Assembly: GCA_900088475.1 (NCBI GenBank)
Contig: FLMG01000355.1
Span: 1-64,000 of the forward strand
DNA length: 64,000 nucleotides
From: Hyphochytrium catenoides
Taxonomy: Eukaryota; Protista; Hyphochytriomycota
Direction: 5' to 3'
In this document: piece by piece, positions 51,195 through 64,000 of the stretch
Position numbering within the stretch: position 1 is the stretch's first letter
Layout of the letters: the number at the start of each line of letters is the position of its first letter
Program-made: the position numbers and the translations under genes
The notes under the pieces: model-generated
Told to the model about the DNA's origin: nothing
What the model saw: the letters and a program-made list of their open reading frames with translations, nothing else
Database searches by the model: none

Positions 51195-52879
51195 ATGGTC
51201 AAGAGCAAAAAGGAAAGTGGCCCTAGTGGTCGAAGCAACGTTGAGGAGACGTCCATATTGTCTAAAAGTACCATTAAGAACGTGGCAGCCCAGGCAGTAT
51301 TTCTAGGGACCGGTGTGCTCTCGACGTGCCTTAACCAGACTCTATTTTACCACGGTGCGGCTGGTAAGTAAAACTACGAATCCCGTTCAGAGGCGAGTTG
51401 GCTCACTCAGCGCCACGGTTTCCTATATTTGGGTCCTCAAGACCATTGGAGTATGCTGCTTCCGCTTGGAAATTATATTGGGATGACCCTGGTGGGGCTC
51501 GTGCCGATAGGATTTTCTGAGGGCCCAGCTACTAAGAGAGATAATACTCCGAGAGCCCTCAAGCCGCATCCCGGTGAGGATGGACCAATTCTTACCCTAG
51601 GTGAGAGAGGCCAAATGAGGTAGGGCAATCCCATAGTTGCCATCACACATTGGCCCGTCCTTTGCTTAAAACATCCATCTTGACCGCACTAGGCAGCGCC
51701 CCGACCATCATGTACACCTCCAGTCAAAAGAATCTTTAGGAAAAGCCGGCAATACAGAAGCTGATGGTGGTGTAGGCCAGGTTGGTCCTCATGGAACAGC
51801 CCGATCATGGCCATTGTCTCGGCTTGTCGCGTTTACGGTGGTGCTAGACTTTGCAGGTATCATTTTTACATTCTTAGCGTTCTTTTTAGTGGGACCGAGC
51901 ATTCACCTCCTGAGTTGAATTTTGTAGGAGCCATCTTTTGCATGTTTGGACTGACTATGGCGGGCAGTGGCCTGTACCAGGGTAAGAAAGCCCCAGCAGC
52001 GAAAGAGAGCAACTCCTTTTCGATTAACTCTGTCCCTCAGTTCTGTACTCTTCAGTAGTCTGCTGGTCAGCATTTCTTTCCAAAGCAGTCCTCCGAAAGT
52101 ATGTCAGCAAGGTAAGAGGGTTTCCTTCGCGCTAAAAAATATGACACCCTCAACAACACCTTATTCCATTTTAGGAGGAATGGTATGGGATCTTTATAGT
52201 GACGGTGGGGCTCGCCATTAGCGCACTCGGGCAGAACATATCGGGAGGTCAGTCATCATATATAACTATTCCGTTGCTATCATGAGTGTTCATCTCCTCT
52301 GGATTGTCACTTCTAGGCAAGGGCTATGTGGTCATGCTGGGTGTCCTAAACACACTGATGGGGGCCGCCTGCTACGCTGGAACATATGTTACCGGTGAAC
52401 TCATGATGCAGAAACCGGAAAAGCCGTCGCCCCACAGTCTGTGTGTCAGAGTGGGGCTTAGCTGTACCATTGTCCTTCTAGTCTATATGGTTGCCTACAC
52501 CATCCCCAGATGGAAGGAGCTCGTGACAGATAACATCATCGCGCATAATGGGGATGTTAGGGTCATTGCCTGGGCCTTTATCTGGCTCATCATCTCGCAA
52601 CTAGCTCATGCCCTAACCTACTTCATGCTCTTGGGTTCAGTAGGAGCTGTTACCACTGGGATACTACAAAGCCTACGCGCAGTGTGCGTCTTTGCATTCA
52701 GTTCTCTACTCTTTTGTTCGGTTCAAGACTCGCAGTGCTACACAACTACCCGCGGCTTTGCTACCTTAGTGGTAGTCTGTGGAGTTATCTATTACTCGAA
52801 GAGTAAGGCCAAATGCCGAGCCCCCCTCACCTCTTTGCCACTAAAGACTCCTGCAGAGTTAGAGCCACTCAAAGCATGA
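51195..52879 (+). CDS. Drug/metabolite transporter (DMT) superfamily membrane protein, SLC35F/nucleotide-sugar-transporter-like, multi-exon
   Basis: Multiple hydrophobic helices: AVFLGTGVLSTCLNQTLFYHGA, MLLPLGNYIGMTLVGL, FGLTMAGSGLYQ, TYFMLLGSVGAVTTGILQSLRAVCVFAFSSLLFC..QDSQC. Confidence 0.75.
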
Positions 52880-53025
52880 GAACGGGGAACTTCTATAGAC
52901 ACCATAATCCCTTTTGAATATCTCATGACAATGCTGTCAAGAGGTCTATCTAGTGTACAGAGCCAGGGCCTGCTACCGCAGTGCACGCAGATAACCGTGC
53001 GCTTTGTTCTTACGACCTAGGCAGT

Positions 53026-54939
53026 CTACCATCGGGGAGTTCTATCCATCGTACCCCGTGGGCTCTTACGCAAGCTTCTCTTGACAAGTGTCTCAGAACG
53101 CCTGGGAGCTTGGCGCATTGTCTTCCTTTCACTGTTTGCCTTAATGGGACCTTGGAGCCCACTAGGCAAAGTACTTTGCCGCTTAAAATCTACAGACTTC
53201 TTTTCACCGATCGACCTTTCTCTTGCTGATGGCTTCGGTTCCGGTTCTACTACCGCCCTCCTCTGGTCGACTTGACCAGGTATTGCCTTCAAGGTCCAAC
53301 TTACTATCGTGAATGATAAAACAGTTCGAGTACCCACTTACCGGCTTTCGTGTGATCCTTGAGGAGCTATCTTTGTGTTTTCTCAAGGTCGCCAGTTTAA
53401 AGAGCTTCTCAAGCTTCTCTGTCTTTTCTCTCACTCTTTGCAACTCCTCTTGCATTAGTAGAGGAGTCAGGGGGACGGGATTGGACGGCTCTTTGTCCGG
53501 AGGTAACGGTACTTGAGGCATCAGTTTGGCGGCTACAGGCATTCAGAGGGAGAGTTGAATGTTACCGACGCCTTCTTAACACGGCCAAGTATAAGCTGCG
53601 GGGCCCGCGCTTACCGAGCTCCTTGCTTTCTAGCCGCTGCTCGAGTAAAGCGACCTTTGCCAACGCTGCTCTTTTCTCAGCTTCAGACTCCTGACAGCGT
53701 TCCTTGGTATGTTGGAGCTCACGAAGCAAGGCCTAACGATGACGTTAAACCTAGCGATCCGCAGTTGAGTTAGGCTTGAGCACACACCTTCTTCTGCTCC
53801 TCCAGCTTCGATGCCTCTAGCCTTATCTCCTCTTTCTCTCTGCGATAATTTTCCACTTGCTCTTGAAGCTGTCGTTCCTTTTGGCTTAGTTCGTATGCCC
53901 ATCTCTTCTCATCCGCCGCAAGAACAGCTTCTTGCTAAAAGATGACACACTCAGTTCGCACCCTAGAGGGATGACGCGGAGATATCCTTACCTGACGTAA
54001 GTCTGTTTTTAGCTCTCCGCATCGGCTTATCAACTCCTCTTTTTCTCTCTCGAGTCGCCTAACTTTGTCTTGCAAAGCCTTCAAAGCCGACAAGACGGCA
54101 TTGCTACCAGTCAGGTGAGGAGTGGCTTGAAAAGAGGTATTGGTGGCTAAGTCGACTCCGGAATATCTTCCTCCGCTCGAGCTAGCTGAAAGCGGCTTTC
54201 TTCGTTCACGAAGTTCCCGGAGAATATCTGTCAGCTCCTGAGATGTGGTAAGGGCATGCCTAGGGTTGCGTATCTTCCGTGATGGGTTCCACGCTGGTAC
54301 ATTTGAGGTTTTCTCGTCTTCTACCAATTCGTCTGAGGATATTTCGGATGCAGCTTGCCTTGTTCGCCCATCGAAAGGCATCTTCCACAGCGTCTCCCTA
54401 ACACTTTTGAGCTCGGGTTGTTCTCTGTCTTGGTTGTTTGCAGGGATACCCTGGTAGCCCTTCGCTGTGGGCAAGAGATGTCCGTGTGACGGGGAAGTGC
54501 CCGTCGACTTGAAGGTAGTCGGAAGCTGTTCAGGCCTATCATCTTCGTGTTCTTCAGGCACAGATGTCCTCTTTTCCAAGGTGTCATATTCCTGTATTGG
54601 TCCCAAGGGCCTTTGTCTCCGCTGTAAGTTCGAGGGCGAAGAGTCGTGATTCGAAAGGGGGACCCATGCTGATCTAGGTTTATCCGACACTAAGCCTAGT
54701 CGTCTCAAGTAGGCTTTGGAATCAAACGAGGAGACGTTGGAATGCCCTTGTTCCCTTTCTGGGGTCCAGGCTGGGTCGTTTAGGGGCGTCGACGGCCAGT
54801 CAGCAACGGATGCATCTTTGGAGAGAGCGGATTCCGAGCCCTTTACATCATGGTCCCGCTGCCAAGTCCTAGAAGTTGCCTGCGTCACATAAGAGTCATC
54901 TCCATGACTGTTGTCTCTATAGAGTGCTGCTTCCTCCAT
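53026..54939 (-). CDS. Cep57/translokin-like coiled-coil protein, multi-exon (3' end approximate)
   Basis: A disordered N-terminus is followed by SNAVLSALKALQDKVRRLEREK, which resembles the Cep57 motif AVISALKxLQEKIRRLELER, and then coiled-coil exons. Confidence 0.6.
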
Positions 54940-55053
54940 CGGACTTCTACATCATCGTCTGTCTGATTTGCTATCTGCTTTCTGTCGTCAAGGATGGAGC
55001 TGTGGAGATGAAACTCCATTAGGACGACGGTGCGCTTTTTGAGTGGCAAAAGA

Positions 55054-55062
55054 TTGGCGGGA
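55054..55062 (-). promoter_or_regulatory. E2F-like site (TCCCGCCAA) ~115 bp upstream of the Cep57-like ATG
   Basis: TTGGCGGGA on the + strand matches the E2F consensus core. Confidence 0.35.
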
Positions 55063-57202
55063 TGAGAATTTGCTTCGGCAGCTGAACACTTGACACTTGA
55101 ATGTTTCCATCCAATTACTGCGGTTGTTCACTACAATAATAGCGGCAAAATCTTCAGTAGGATTATTTAGGAGAAAGAAAAGAAAGTTTTCAGCCCATGT
55201 GACTGTTGATGATGAATAATCCGATTGTATCCTCTCGCGATCATGATGTTGAGGTCATCATCTACATGTTCCCCAGCTATCAGCTGCAAGTCTATTATAC
55301 TTGCACGCTGACTAATGGCGGTGACTGCGCAGCTTGCCGCTGGGCCTGGGGCTGCTTCAGCGTCAATGCTTCAGCCCTCGGAGCCAGTAATAAGTGATCG
55401 GTACACTGGAGGAAGACGATCATTCCTTCCTCTCTTAGGAATAAACAAGAGCTCCTTCCATCTCGTGATGGGTCATGCTGCCCTTGAACCCATTGCTAAT
55501 AAAATATGGCAAGAACAAGCCTTTCTCATAAGTAACGGTATGAAGCGCGAAAAAGCATGCCTGCTCGTACACCGCGTCATCGACTTGAATACTCTCTAAT
55601 AACGGGACTTAATATTTCTTGAGGATGAACTATACTTCCAGGCGCTCAAAATCGAACGGCTTTCTTCGCCCTATCTTCTTTGTTCCACGACTACTCTCTG
55701 TCTTCTGACGGTACTCCCTCTCGGCCTCAATAATCTCCTGGGGACTAACTTTTATGAGATTAGCCTGCGAAGCCTCTTTTTCTGGACTCTGAAAGGTGTA
55801 GACAAGAGGTATGAGTCAAGCAAGCTTGAGTACTCGACAGTGGTGGTGGACGGCTTACCAATTCCCCTAGCAAAACAATGCTTTCACCTCTAAAAGGATC
55901 AAGAGAGGAAGAGTCAGAACCTTGATGAGGGACAAGCTCACATATAATCACCTAATGATAAATAGTCCCACTGGGATATCTCCGTACTTGTCCTCAACAT
56001 AGTGTCGCTCGAATGCATCTTGGAGGACAATATTTGCTAAGGTTTACTGCATCAGTGCTGCAAGCGCCGAGGCTGAAGGACCATTCTTTTACTTACAAAA
56101 TTGGTCAAAGCTTCGCATCATGCCTACGAAGTAACGCCCATCCCTAAGGACTATCATAACTTTCTCTGGCATTGGAGGGCATAGTAAGTGTACAAACTCA
56201 ACCAAGCAAAGCAGGGAGGGAGCTTACTATCAAGTTGCTCCACCAAGCTCGCTGTGCCGGGAAGCATCGTTTCTCTCCCTTTTCCGCCGCTTGCCGAATA
56301 CCGATTTAGTCAGTCAGATCCAGCTACTACATTCGCTGCGTGCCAGCGAGAGTGGAGTGTGGTTAGGCATAATAATAATTTCTAAACTCTTTGGACTCAC
56401 CAGAGCAAGGTTAAGCCAGTAAAATAAACTGGAGATTCCAAACTGCCTGGAGTGGTCTGTTGCACTAGCTCCAGCTTGGAGGTAGGATCACCGAACAAGA
56501 TCCGTAGGAGATGCTATCCCAGATGGAAGATAGCTGAAGGACAACCTCTCCAGCCTCTTATCCAAGAAGAGAGTAAGCACTACCGGCCGCTGACCTCGTG
56601 TTTTCCACTTGTTCGCCTAGTAGTTCTACGTTGTAGTATCGTCTGCAGCACCACTTGATGAAGACAACAAACTTCAGATTTCCAGAAGAGGTTGCTGAGG
56701 AGAAGATTCAACAACAGTGAAATCAACCTGTGAAGACGGAGATCTCTCGCATACTACCACAATACCTCACTCTCTACTATGGTATTTACCGCTTCGTGGG
56801 CTGTGCTTTGTATAATGAAAGACTATTTTCAACTCCTGGGGGAGCTCTCCCGCCCCTATACATTTGGTGTGTGCGATTTGGTGGAGTTGAGGTGCAGTAT
56901 GCATGCATAGAGATTGATTGTCGATGTGATTCTTCACAGCCATCTGATTCAGTGGCATCTCAATCAAAGGCCAAGCACTGACATCATCTTCATACCGGCA
57001 GACGACGAGTGAGGGTGACTGTTGCCTGCTCACTACCCAGCACAAATAGTGAAGAGGAGCTTTAGCCTCCTAAGAACGGAAAGAGAGCTAACACTAGAGC
57101 TTTTTTAGTCCTTGCCGCGACGCGGCTCCAGACCTCCCTGATGTTCCGGGGCGCCGTTTAGGCCCTTCGAGTTCGGGAAGGTTCCCAACTTACCAGTTAA
57201 AT

Positions 57203-58117
57203 ATGCGTGGTGGTCGTGGTGGTCGGGGTAGGGGCAGAGGAGGTGGTCGCGGTGGCGGTGGTGGTCCAGGAGCTAGAGGCAACGATGTAATTGGAGACAC
57301 CGCGGAGGAGTTGGGGCTTACACATATGCAAATGGATGCATTCGCGGTAGGTTGAGCACTTAAAGCTTAGCCATCGCCGACGACTGTGCTAAGAACTGAA
57401 CTTTTCTTTAGAATCAGCCCCTGCCTCTTTATCCCCCCCTGCAAGAGTATCCGCCAATTAGTGACCTAAGCGACAGAGACGGTTATCTCATCAACAAAAT
57501 GAGGGAACTCTCTTACAGGATGACCGTTTCTGCTCATTACCTGGATAATCGACCTGAGAAGGATGACGGCATTATTCATGGGAACTTTAACCTCCGGTAT
57601 GGAGCTCGTTACAGCGCTGCTGTGTCCGCATGTAGTTTACGCATATATGGCTGCCTAGGTCTCGCAGCCGTGAGGAGTTTCTGTCAAGCTTTACCGAGCT
57701 CAATTCAGAGGAAGGGGCATTTTTTCCCGCGGAGCTTTTTGCGGATAGGAAGGCATTGGCAGTGGCGTCTGGAAGAGGTATGTCTTTTTCTTCTTGCCTC
57801 GAGGTGACTCTGCTTGACTTCCAAGTTTGTCAGGCCCTATGGGGAACCAGACCGTCGTCCTCAACAAAATCGCTGGCTTGGAAGCAAAGGAGTCGACCTA
57901 CACCAAGGGAGGGGATGGTTTAGATAAGGTAAGGGACGTCATCTGTCGGCATCGCTCCACGCTCTAATTTGGCCCGGCGCAGGACAATGACGATAAAGAA
58001 GAACCAGACGAGGAAGAGGAAGAGCAATGGGATGATGAAGAGGGAGATTATGAATTTTATGATGTTAGCGGAGGCGAAGATAGTGGAGGGGAAGATGGGG
58101 GCGAGGCAACCTTTTAG
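57203..58117 (+). CDS. POLR3G: DNA-directed RNA polymerase III subunit RPC7/C31, 5 exons
   Basis: RGG-rich N-terminus (MRGGRGGRGRGRG), PLPLYPPL, FFPAEL, and an acidic tail ending DEEGDYEFYDVSGGEDSGGEDGGEATF*. This matches the C31/RPC7 layout. Confidence 0.8.
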
Positions 58118-58413
58118 TGCTCTTCTCAAGCTCCCTTTGGTCATTTATTTGCTATTTATTCTTTCTACTTGCGCGAACTTCGTTCTGGGCCATACCTGCC
58201 ATGGCAGACGCCGGTAGATGGACAATGATAGACGGATGTAACACTTGCGGCTCATCTACATAAGGTAGGAGAGATTCTTATGAGCTCTTCTTCGGTTCAG
58301 AGGATAATCTAAAGTTTTATTAGAGGCGGGAACAAGAAGGCACTAGTCTCGGACTGGCGCTGCCTGCCATTATTAATTCAGGGCATGGCCGCTAATAACA
58401 CCTTCACAAGCCC

Positions 58414-58506
58414 AGTTGACTCCTGGGGGATGAGAGTGTACGTTAGTTGACTCCTGGGGGATGAGAGTGTACGGTAGTTGACTCCTGGGGGATGAGAGTG
58501 TAAGGT
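58414..58506 (+). repeat. Tandem repeat, 3 x 31 bp (AGTTGACTCCTGGGGGATGAGAGTGTAMGKT)
   Basis: Units 58414-58444, 58445-58475 and 58476-58506 are identical over their first 27 nt. Confidence 0.95.
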
Positions 58507-58537
58507 TTCCCGCCAGATTTGTGTTGGCTCTCCCGCC
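58506..58537 (+). promoter_or_regulatory. E2F-like sites upstream of Timeless (TTTCCCGCC at 58506-58514, TCTCCCGCC at 58529-58537; also GGCGGGAA at 58325-58332)
   Basis: One match to the canonical TTTSSCGC E2F consensus plus two near-matches, within ~500 bp of a replication-fork gene. Confidence 0.45.
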
Positions 58538-58806
58538 GTTTTTCACAGTCTTTCTCTGGGCTTCAGATGGCTGCTGAACAAAGTGTAAAAGCTATTGGAG
58601 ACAGCAGCAGACGAAATCTCTGTGGAGGAGAGTGTCGCGAAGAAGCCTCGTTAGCGTAGCCTTGTTGATTGATTTATCGCCATAGAGTCATAACGGCAGC
58701 GCAGTTGTGCTTCAAACGGACCTCTAAGTGTGCCAGTTCCGAGCTGGGTGGGGCTGTCCTCTCCTCCAAGTTAGGCTCACTGGAAGCCATCACGTTGGGT
58801 GCTAGC

Positions 58807-61800
58807 ATGGAGCCTGAGAAGATGGAGGATCTGGATGAGGAGGAAGAGGGAAGCGCTGCAGGGCTGAAAGAGGCAGAAGATGATGCAAGAGATAGGAAAG
58901 TGGAAGTAGAACCCATGGATGAGGCTTTGATGAATGAGCTCCTCCTAGTTTGCTCAAACCTGGGAATGAAGGAGATTGTTCCAGGAGATGACGGAGAGAA
59001 TCATGAAGTCTTCGTTCGAGGTGACAGCTGCATTGAATGGATTCGGGACTTGCAAAGGTATTTTGCCGCTGTTTCTTGGTGGAGATCACATTTCAACCTT
59101 ATCTTCCTCTGCGCAGAGCGATCAGAAGGGATGATGCCAAGAATAGACATGTTTTTCGCACACTAGGTTCATGGAAAGTGCTGCAGAACAAACTTCTACC
59201 GCTGTTCGTTCATCATCAGGATGATGAGTAAGATAGAGGACCAGAAGCTCCCTGCATAGCGAGGGCCTAGTGCTCTCTAACACTTCTGCCTTGCTTCCTT
59301 TGTCAGAAAACTCGTCTTCGCCATCATGAAAATTCTGGTCATGCTTACAATGCGCCCAGATCCAAAGTCTATTGAACTGGATAAGCAGAGGGAGTACCTT
59401 GCGTCCTATAAGTTAGCTTTCTGTCAAGTGGATGTGCTTGAGGTCATACTAGGACTAATCGAGGACTCTCTCGTAAAGACAGATCGAGAGGAAGCGGTAC
59501 GACAACGAACCTAGACGATGATCAGATCAAGTGGTAGTGCACGTACTAACTGTTCCGTACAAAAGGACAACCTGAAGCTCGAGCTATTCCTGATGCTCGT
59601 GAGGAATTTGCTCTGCATTTCCGAGCCGACCAAAACCATCCACAGCAGCTCTCTAGCCACGGTTCATGAGACATTCCTTGTCATGCTCAAAGATTATGGC
59701 GTCATCGATATTGTCTTGTCCTTGGCGGAGGTGAGGTCTTTGTCTTTCGGGTAATAGACACTACTGACATAGAGCATCAGGATCGCCGCGACGCAAGAGA
59801 ATGGTCCCTACTTTTTATAGAAATACTCCACGCAACGTTTGGCGAGTATACTCCCCAAGACATCTACACATGGGAACGTAAAAAGTTACAGGCAGGAGAG
59901 CTCGGAACTGCAGATGATCCAAACCTACAGCGTCCAGAGAACGACCATACCGCAGCAAAGTCAACGGATCCTCTAGTACGCATGATAACCTCAGAGAGAG
60001 AGTCGAGAAAGAAGATGTTGATGCAGTCATCAAGGTAAGGCCTAGTTAACCGTTGTGCATTTAGAACACGCTTTTTTAAGCTCTATCGCCACTTTAGCCG
60101 GCATACAAACTTCGGCTTTGCAGTAAGCATTGGCAAGCTAAATGGGCGAAGAATGATAATGACCAACTCCTTTAGCGACCAGTCGATGAACGTTCCTCAG
60201 GTACGGAGGTAGCTTTGCAGGAATCATGCACTTCTTTTGATATGAGGTATCGCATCAGCCACCGAGACGGAACCTAAAGATGGTGGCCCCCATCATAGGC
60301 GCGGGTACTCCCGCTGGTAGACTCGACTCCAGAATATCTCGGAGGTGTGTTGGCTTAGACTGGTCCAGGTCTCTCGATTCGAATGCTGACCAAATGGTCT
60401 CAGTTCCCTATCAGGAAGATGTTGCAGCATAATCAAGGAAACGATCCAGACTTTTATTGACACATGTTATTCAAACGTCATGATTGCAGCCCAGTCTGAA
60501 ATACAGAGGCATAACGCTGAAAGAATCCTTCCTACGGATAAACTGAAGTACTTTGATTTGGCACAATTTTGCTTGGCGTTTTGGAGATATGAGAACAAGC
60601 TGAGAGCCTCGAGAGTCAAGGTAGAACTCTGACCAACTAAGTCGTTCAGCGTGCCCTACTTAGCAAGCTTTTTGGTAATAGAGGGAGGGCAAAGCCTTTG
60701 AACTAGAGGTTGGACCCCTTATACTCAACCTGAACGAGTGGTCTTGGAATCATGTCTACTCCTTTGCAGAGGTCAGTGCAACGTTTTATCAATCCGTCGC
60801 TTTTGTCTAACCTTTATCTGCAACGGGCTTAGACATGCGTTGAAGTGAAGAACTACAAAGACTTGATCCATCCCTTAGGCTTGCTAAGGGAAATGTTAAA
60901 TCTACTCGTAAGTCTTTGCCGATGTCTTGGAGGTGGATTGCAAGGCATTAACCCTAGTAGTGGGAGATGATAACCTCTAGGAACGATGGCCTTAGAAAAG
61001 CTGCTAAGGCCAACATCCACCTTAACATTTTTCAGTTGCAAGAGAGACTGGGTAAGTGCACCTTGACTAGTCGGACTGCCTGCATCCTCTGCCAAAGTGA
61101 TGACTCCTGCTTGTTTTAAGACTTCTATGCGAGGCTCGTCAAGTGCTGGCAAATTGGTCAGTTCCACTATAACTGTTTGAAGCTGATCGTAGAAGTTACG
61201 CATGTACGCCCACTTTGCGCCATCATCACCTTGACCTGGAACTAACACCGCGATCGTCATTAGACTGTTCTCAAAATTGCAGGGATGGAGTCGGGGCAAG
61301 TTGAAGTATCTGCAAGGAGGAGGCGAGCCATGCATAGATCAAAAAAGAAAAGAAAGAAGCCAACAGGAGAAGGGTCAGGAAAGGAAGATGAAGATCCTGC
61401 CAGTGATTTCGAATCAGAAGAGGAGGTCGGACTATACCAAGCCTTTTAGGGCACGTCCATCTAATACTGATCCCCGCGTGTCCGACAGCAGCGGCAGCAG
61501 GAGGATCCTGCTTCTGATAGAAGAACGTTTCTTTTTGACTTCACTGCCCTACTGCGGAACATGATCTCCTACAAGTAAGTTGATCTTGAGCTGCACAATT
61601 GGGTCGAGTGATTAATGGATTCAACCACCATGCAGCACCCTCCGCATGTATGTCTCACTACTTTCGTCCTACTATACGAATGGAGAGAGGCTAAATTACT
61701 TTATCGTATCCTTCCTCCACCGAGTCCGCAACTTCAAGGTATGTAGGATAAGGGGATGATGGCGGTAGCATTGCGCATGAAGGAGCTCAGACGAAACTTG

Positions 61801-63982
61801 TGCAGATCCGCGAAGTGCCTGACAGTCTGACCCTTGCACCAATGCTCTTCCGGCTGGAGTTTCTGGTAACCTATGAAAAGATACTCAATGACGTGCGGAT
61901 ACGGTCCAAGTCAGACTTCGCAGAAGTGCTAAAGTTCACTAGGTACGCGGTCCACCTTGGCTCCGGTCCATTTTTACTTGTTGCTCCTTTTTATGCTTTC
62001 CAAGGCCAGATCAGGCGAGTAATACTACTCTGCCTTCTCTCTTTGCTATAGGACTGTAGTGAAGGATTTCGCGGAGCTCGCCACCAAGAATCAGCTCTTG
62101 TATGTCGAAATATTTATGCCCCAACACAATCCTCGGCGTGCTTGTGAGCGGCTATTACAAGTGTATGAGGATGACTTCCAGGTCTTGAGTCACATGTGTG
62201 TTAGGCTCTGCTATCAATCTAACTCTCGAGATGTAGATGTCCAAGGAGCAAGTAGAGGAAGCACAGATCACCCGTAAACCATCGGAGACATTATTGGAGA
62301 AAGGACCAGAGGAGATTTCCAGTGATGCCGAGAAGAGTGGTAAAGGGTCAAGCGACGAGGAGGAGCACGAATACAATGGGGCCATGGACCCTGTAGCTGA
62401 CAAACCCAAATCGAAGGGAAAAGTGCGCGGTGGAAAAAAAGAGAAACTAGGCAGGAAACGCTGGACCGCTGAAGTAAGATTAACCTTGTCAGCAGCCTTA
62501 GGTTTATGCCTCATGTCCGCCATATGTCAACCCGCAGGAGGATGACTTCATTCGACGGGAATACGAAGGCTTGAAAGATCTTCCCTCAGTCTTCGAAATC
62601 TTGGCACTGGAAGATATCTTTCAGGTATGCGGACTAGCGTTGATGATCCAAATACACGTTAGAGACCTGCCCTAAGACGGAAGCATGTAGGAGCGTAGCA
62701 GAAGCCCAGAGCAAATTGCCAGGCGGGTCACAGTTCTAGGACTAAATAGAGCTAGGAATTCGTACGAGCTGGACGACCAGTCCACCAGCAAGCTTAAGAA
62801 GTACCTTGAAAGTATCGGAACCTCGCCTAAAGGTAGGCAAGCCTCTGTGGGTTCGCTACTTTCAGAGCTGACCAGCCATGTTACAGAAAAGTACAAGAAG
62901 GCTATCACCCTAGTGGTGGAGTTGCTCAATGAATGCTTGGTGGAGAGAGGTAGGAGGGAGGCAGTGTGTACTGTTTAGCTCTTAGCAAGCTGACTGAAAG
63001 TTCAAATAAGGGACTGGAGGTACTGGGGACCGTCCTCTTGCTGCAAACGCAGAGGTGCAGAAAGTCCTTGAGACTCCCAAACTAGTCAAGATATTATCAT
63101 CCCTTCAGCTGAAGAAGCCTACAGCAAAGCGAAAAGAGTGGATGGTTCCCAAGGATATGAGAGAGGACGATTTAAAACAGCGACTCCAGGTCTTGCAAGT
63201 TTGAGACGAGCATTCGCCCTATTTATGGTTCTAATACTTTCCGCAGCTACTTGACCCTAGTTGGGTCTACGCAGAACCTCAAACGCAACCAATAGAGTCT
63301 AGCAGAGCTCCGTCGCCACCTCAGGGACAGGGCCAAGGAGATGATTCGTCGGATGAAGGGTCACAACCTGGAGGATCGCTAAAGCTAGGGAGCCACGGGG
63401 CCATGAACAGGTAGAAAAAGTATCGGTTCACCGCGAATTAAACAGCTTCTTTACAAATACCACCTTCTCGACGCGACAGCTCTAGCGAATCGGAAAGTCA
63501 TGTTGAGGCAACGGACAAAGGCTATAAGCAACGGTTCCCTGCCATCGATGCTCTGGGTGCGAAGGAGCACTCCCAATCATCAGCTTCACAAGAAGGTGGC
63601 ACTGCTGAAGGTAAGGGCGAAGAATACACTGGAACTTCATTTGTACGCGCTCACATACTACTCGAAGACAAACATGAGGAGAGGCGCAAGCGATTGCGGC
63701 GAGTTGCTCGACTAGTAGAGTCCGATGATGATTCGGACAGCGATGTGATGGCAGGACCCGAACTTAATTCTTCGAGAATCCTAAAAGGGGTAGACGAGGG
63801 CCCACCCAGTCCTCCTAAAAGACCGCTAGAGGTAAAGGTGTCTCAACAAGATCTCCACATTCTACCCTGTCTAACTTCTGTCTTGTTGCTAGGAGTCAAA
63901 GGACGGCAGTGCTACACCTGAGGATACACAGCTAAAGCGACCCAGGAAAGCCTTCATTATTGGTGAAAGTGACGAGGAATAA
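58807..63982 (+). CDS. TIMELESS: Timeless/Tof1/Swi1 replication fork protection complex subunit, intron-rich
   Basis: ELLLVCSNLG...FVRGDSCIEWIRDLQRAIRRDD....VFRTLGSWKVLQNKLLPL, KILVMLTM, LMLVRNLLCI, RHTNFG, PMLFRLEFLVTYEKIL, NQLLYVEIF, a SANT-like RKRWTAEED, and an acidic C-terminus KRPRKAFIIGESDEE*. Confidence 0.92.
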
Positions 63983-64000
63983 ACGAATTGAACCGCTGAG

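Noticed and set aside
57110-57190. tRNA-like element upstream of RPC7 (GTTCG-containing hairpin)
   Set aside because: No cloverleaf, acceptor stem or proper A/B boxes could be built.
58414-58506. CRISPR array
   Set aside because: The units are head-to-tail with no unique spacers, there are no cas genes, and the context is eukaryotic.

Overview
Eukaryotic nuclear DNA with many GT-AG introns, probably from a protist; a stramenopile origin is an inference from protein similarity. Genes in order: NDUFA6 (LYR-family complex I subunit, +); an intronless DUF885 metallopeptidase-like gene interrupted by one in-frame TAG (+); EMC1 (+); beta-COP (-); an unassigned coiled-coil gene (+); a small intronless gene with a candidate PP1-docking motif (-); a ~21.6 kb gene for a giant (~6,500-6,800 aa) polycystin-1-like surface protein (-); a probable decayed DEAD-box (Dbp5/DDX19-like) relic; a DMT-superfamily transporter (+); a Cep57-like gene (-); Pol III subunit RPC7 (+); and Timeless (+). 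The giant protein stands out. Its ectodomain has Calx-beta-like Ig repeats carrying about nine inserted copies of an unrecognised Cys-rich module and seven GxW repeats, followed by REJ, EGF-TSP1-TSP1-EGF and GAIN/GPS. The membrane region resembles polycystin-1 TM1-5, lacks PLAT and the channel domain, and has a whole tetraspanin plus an IQ motif inserted between TM3 and TM4. All assignments are by eye from motifs and no database searches were run. Exon boundaries are manual and approximate.
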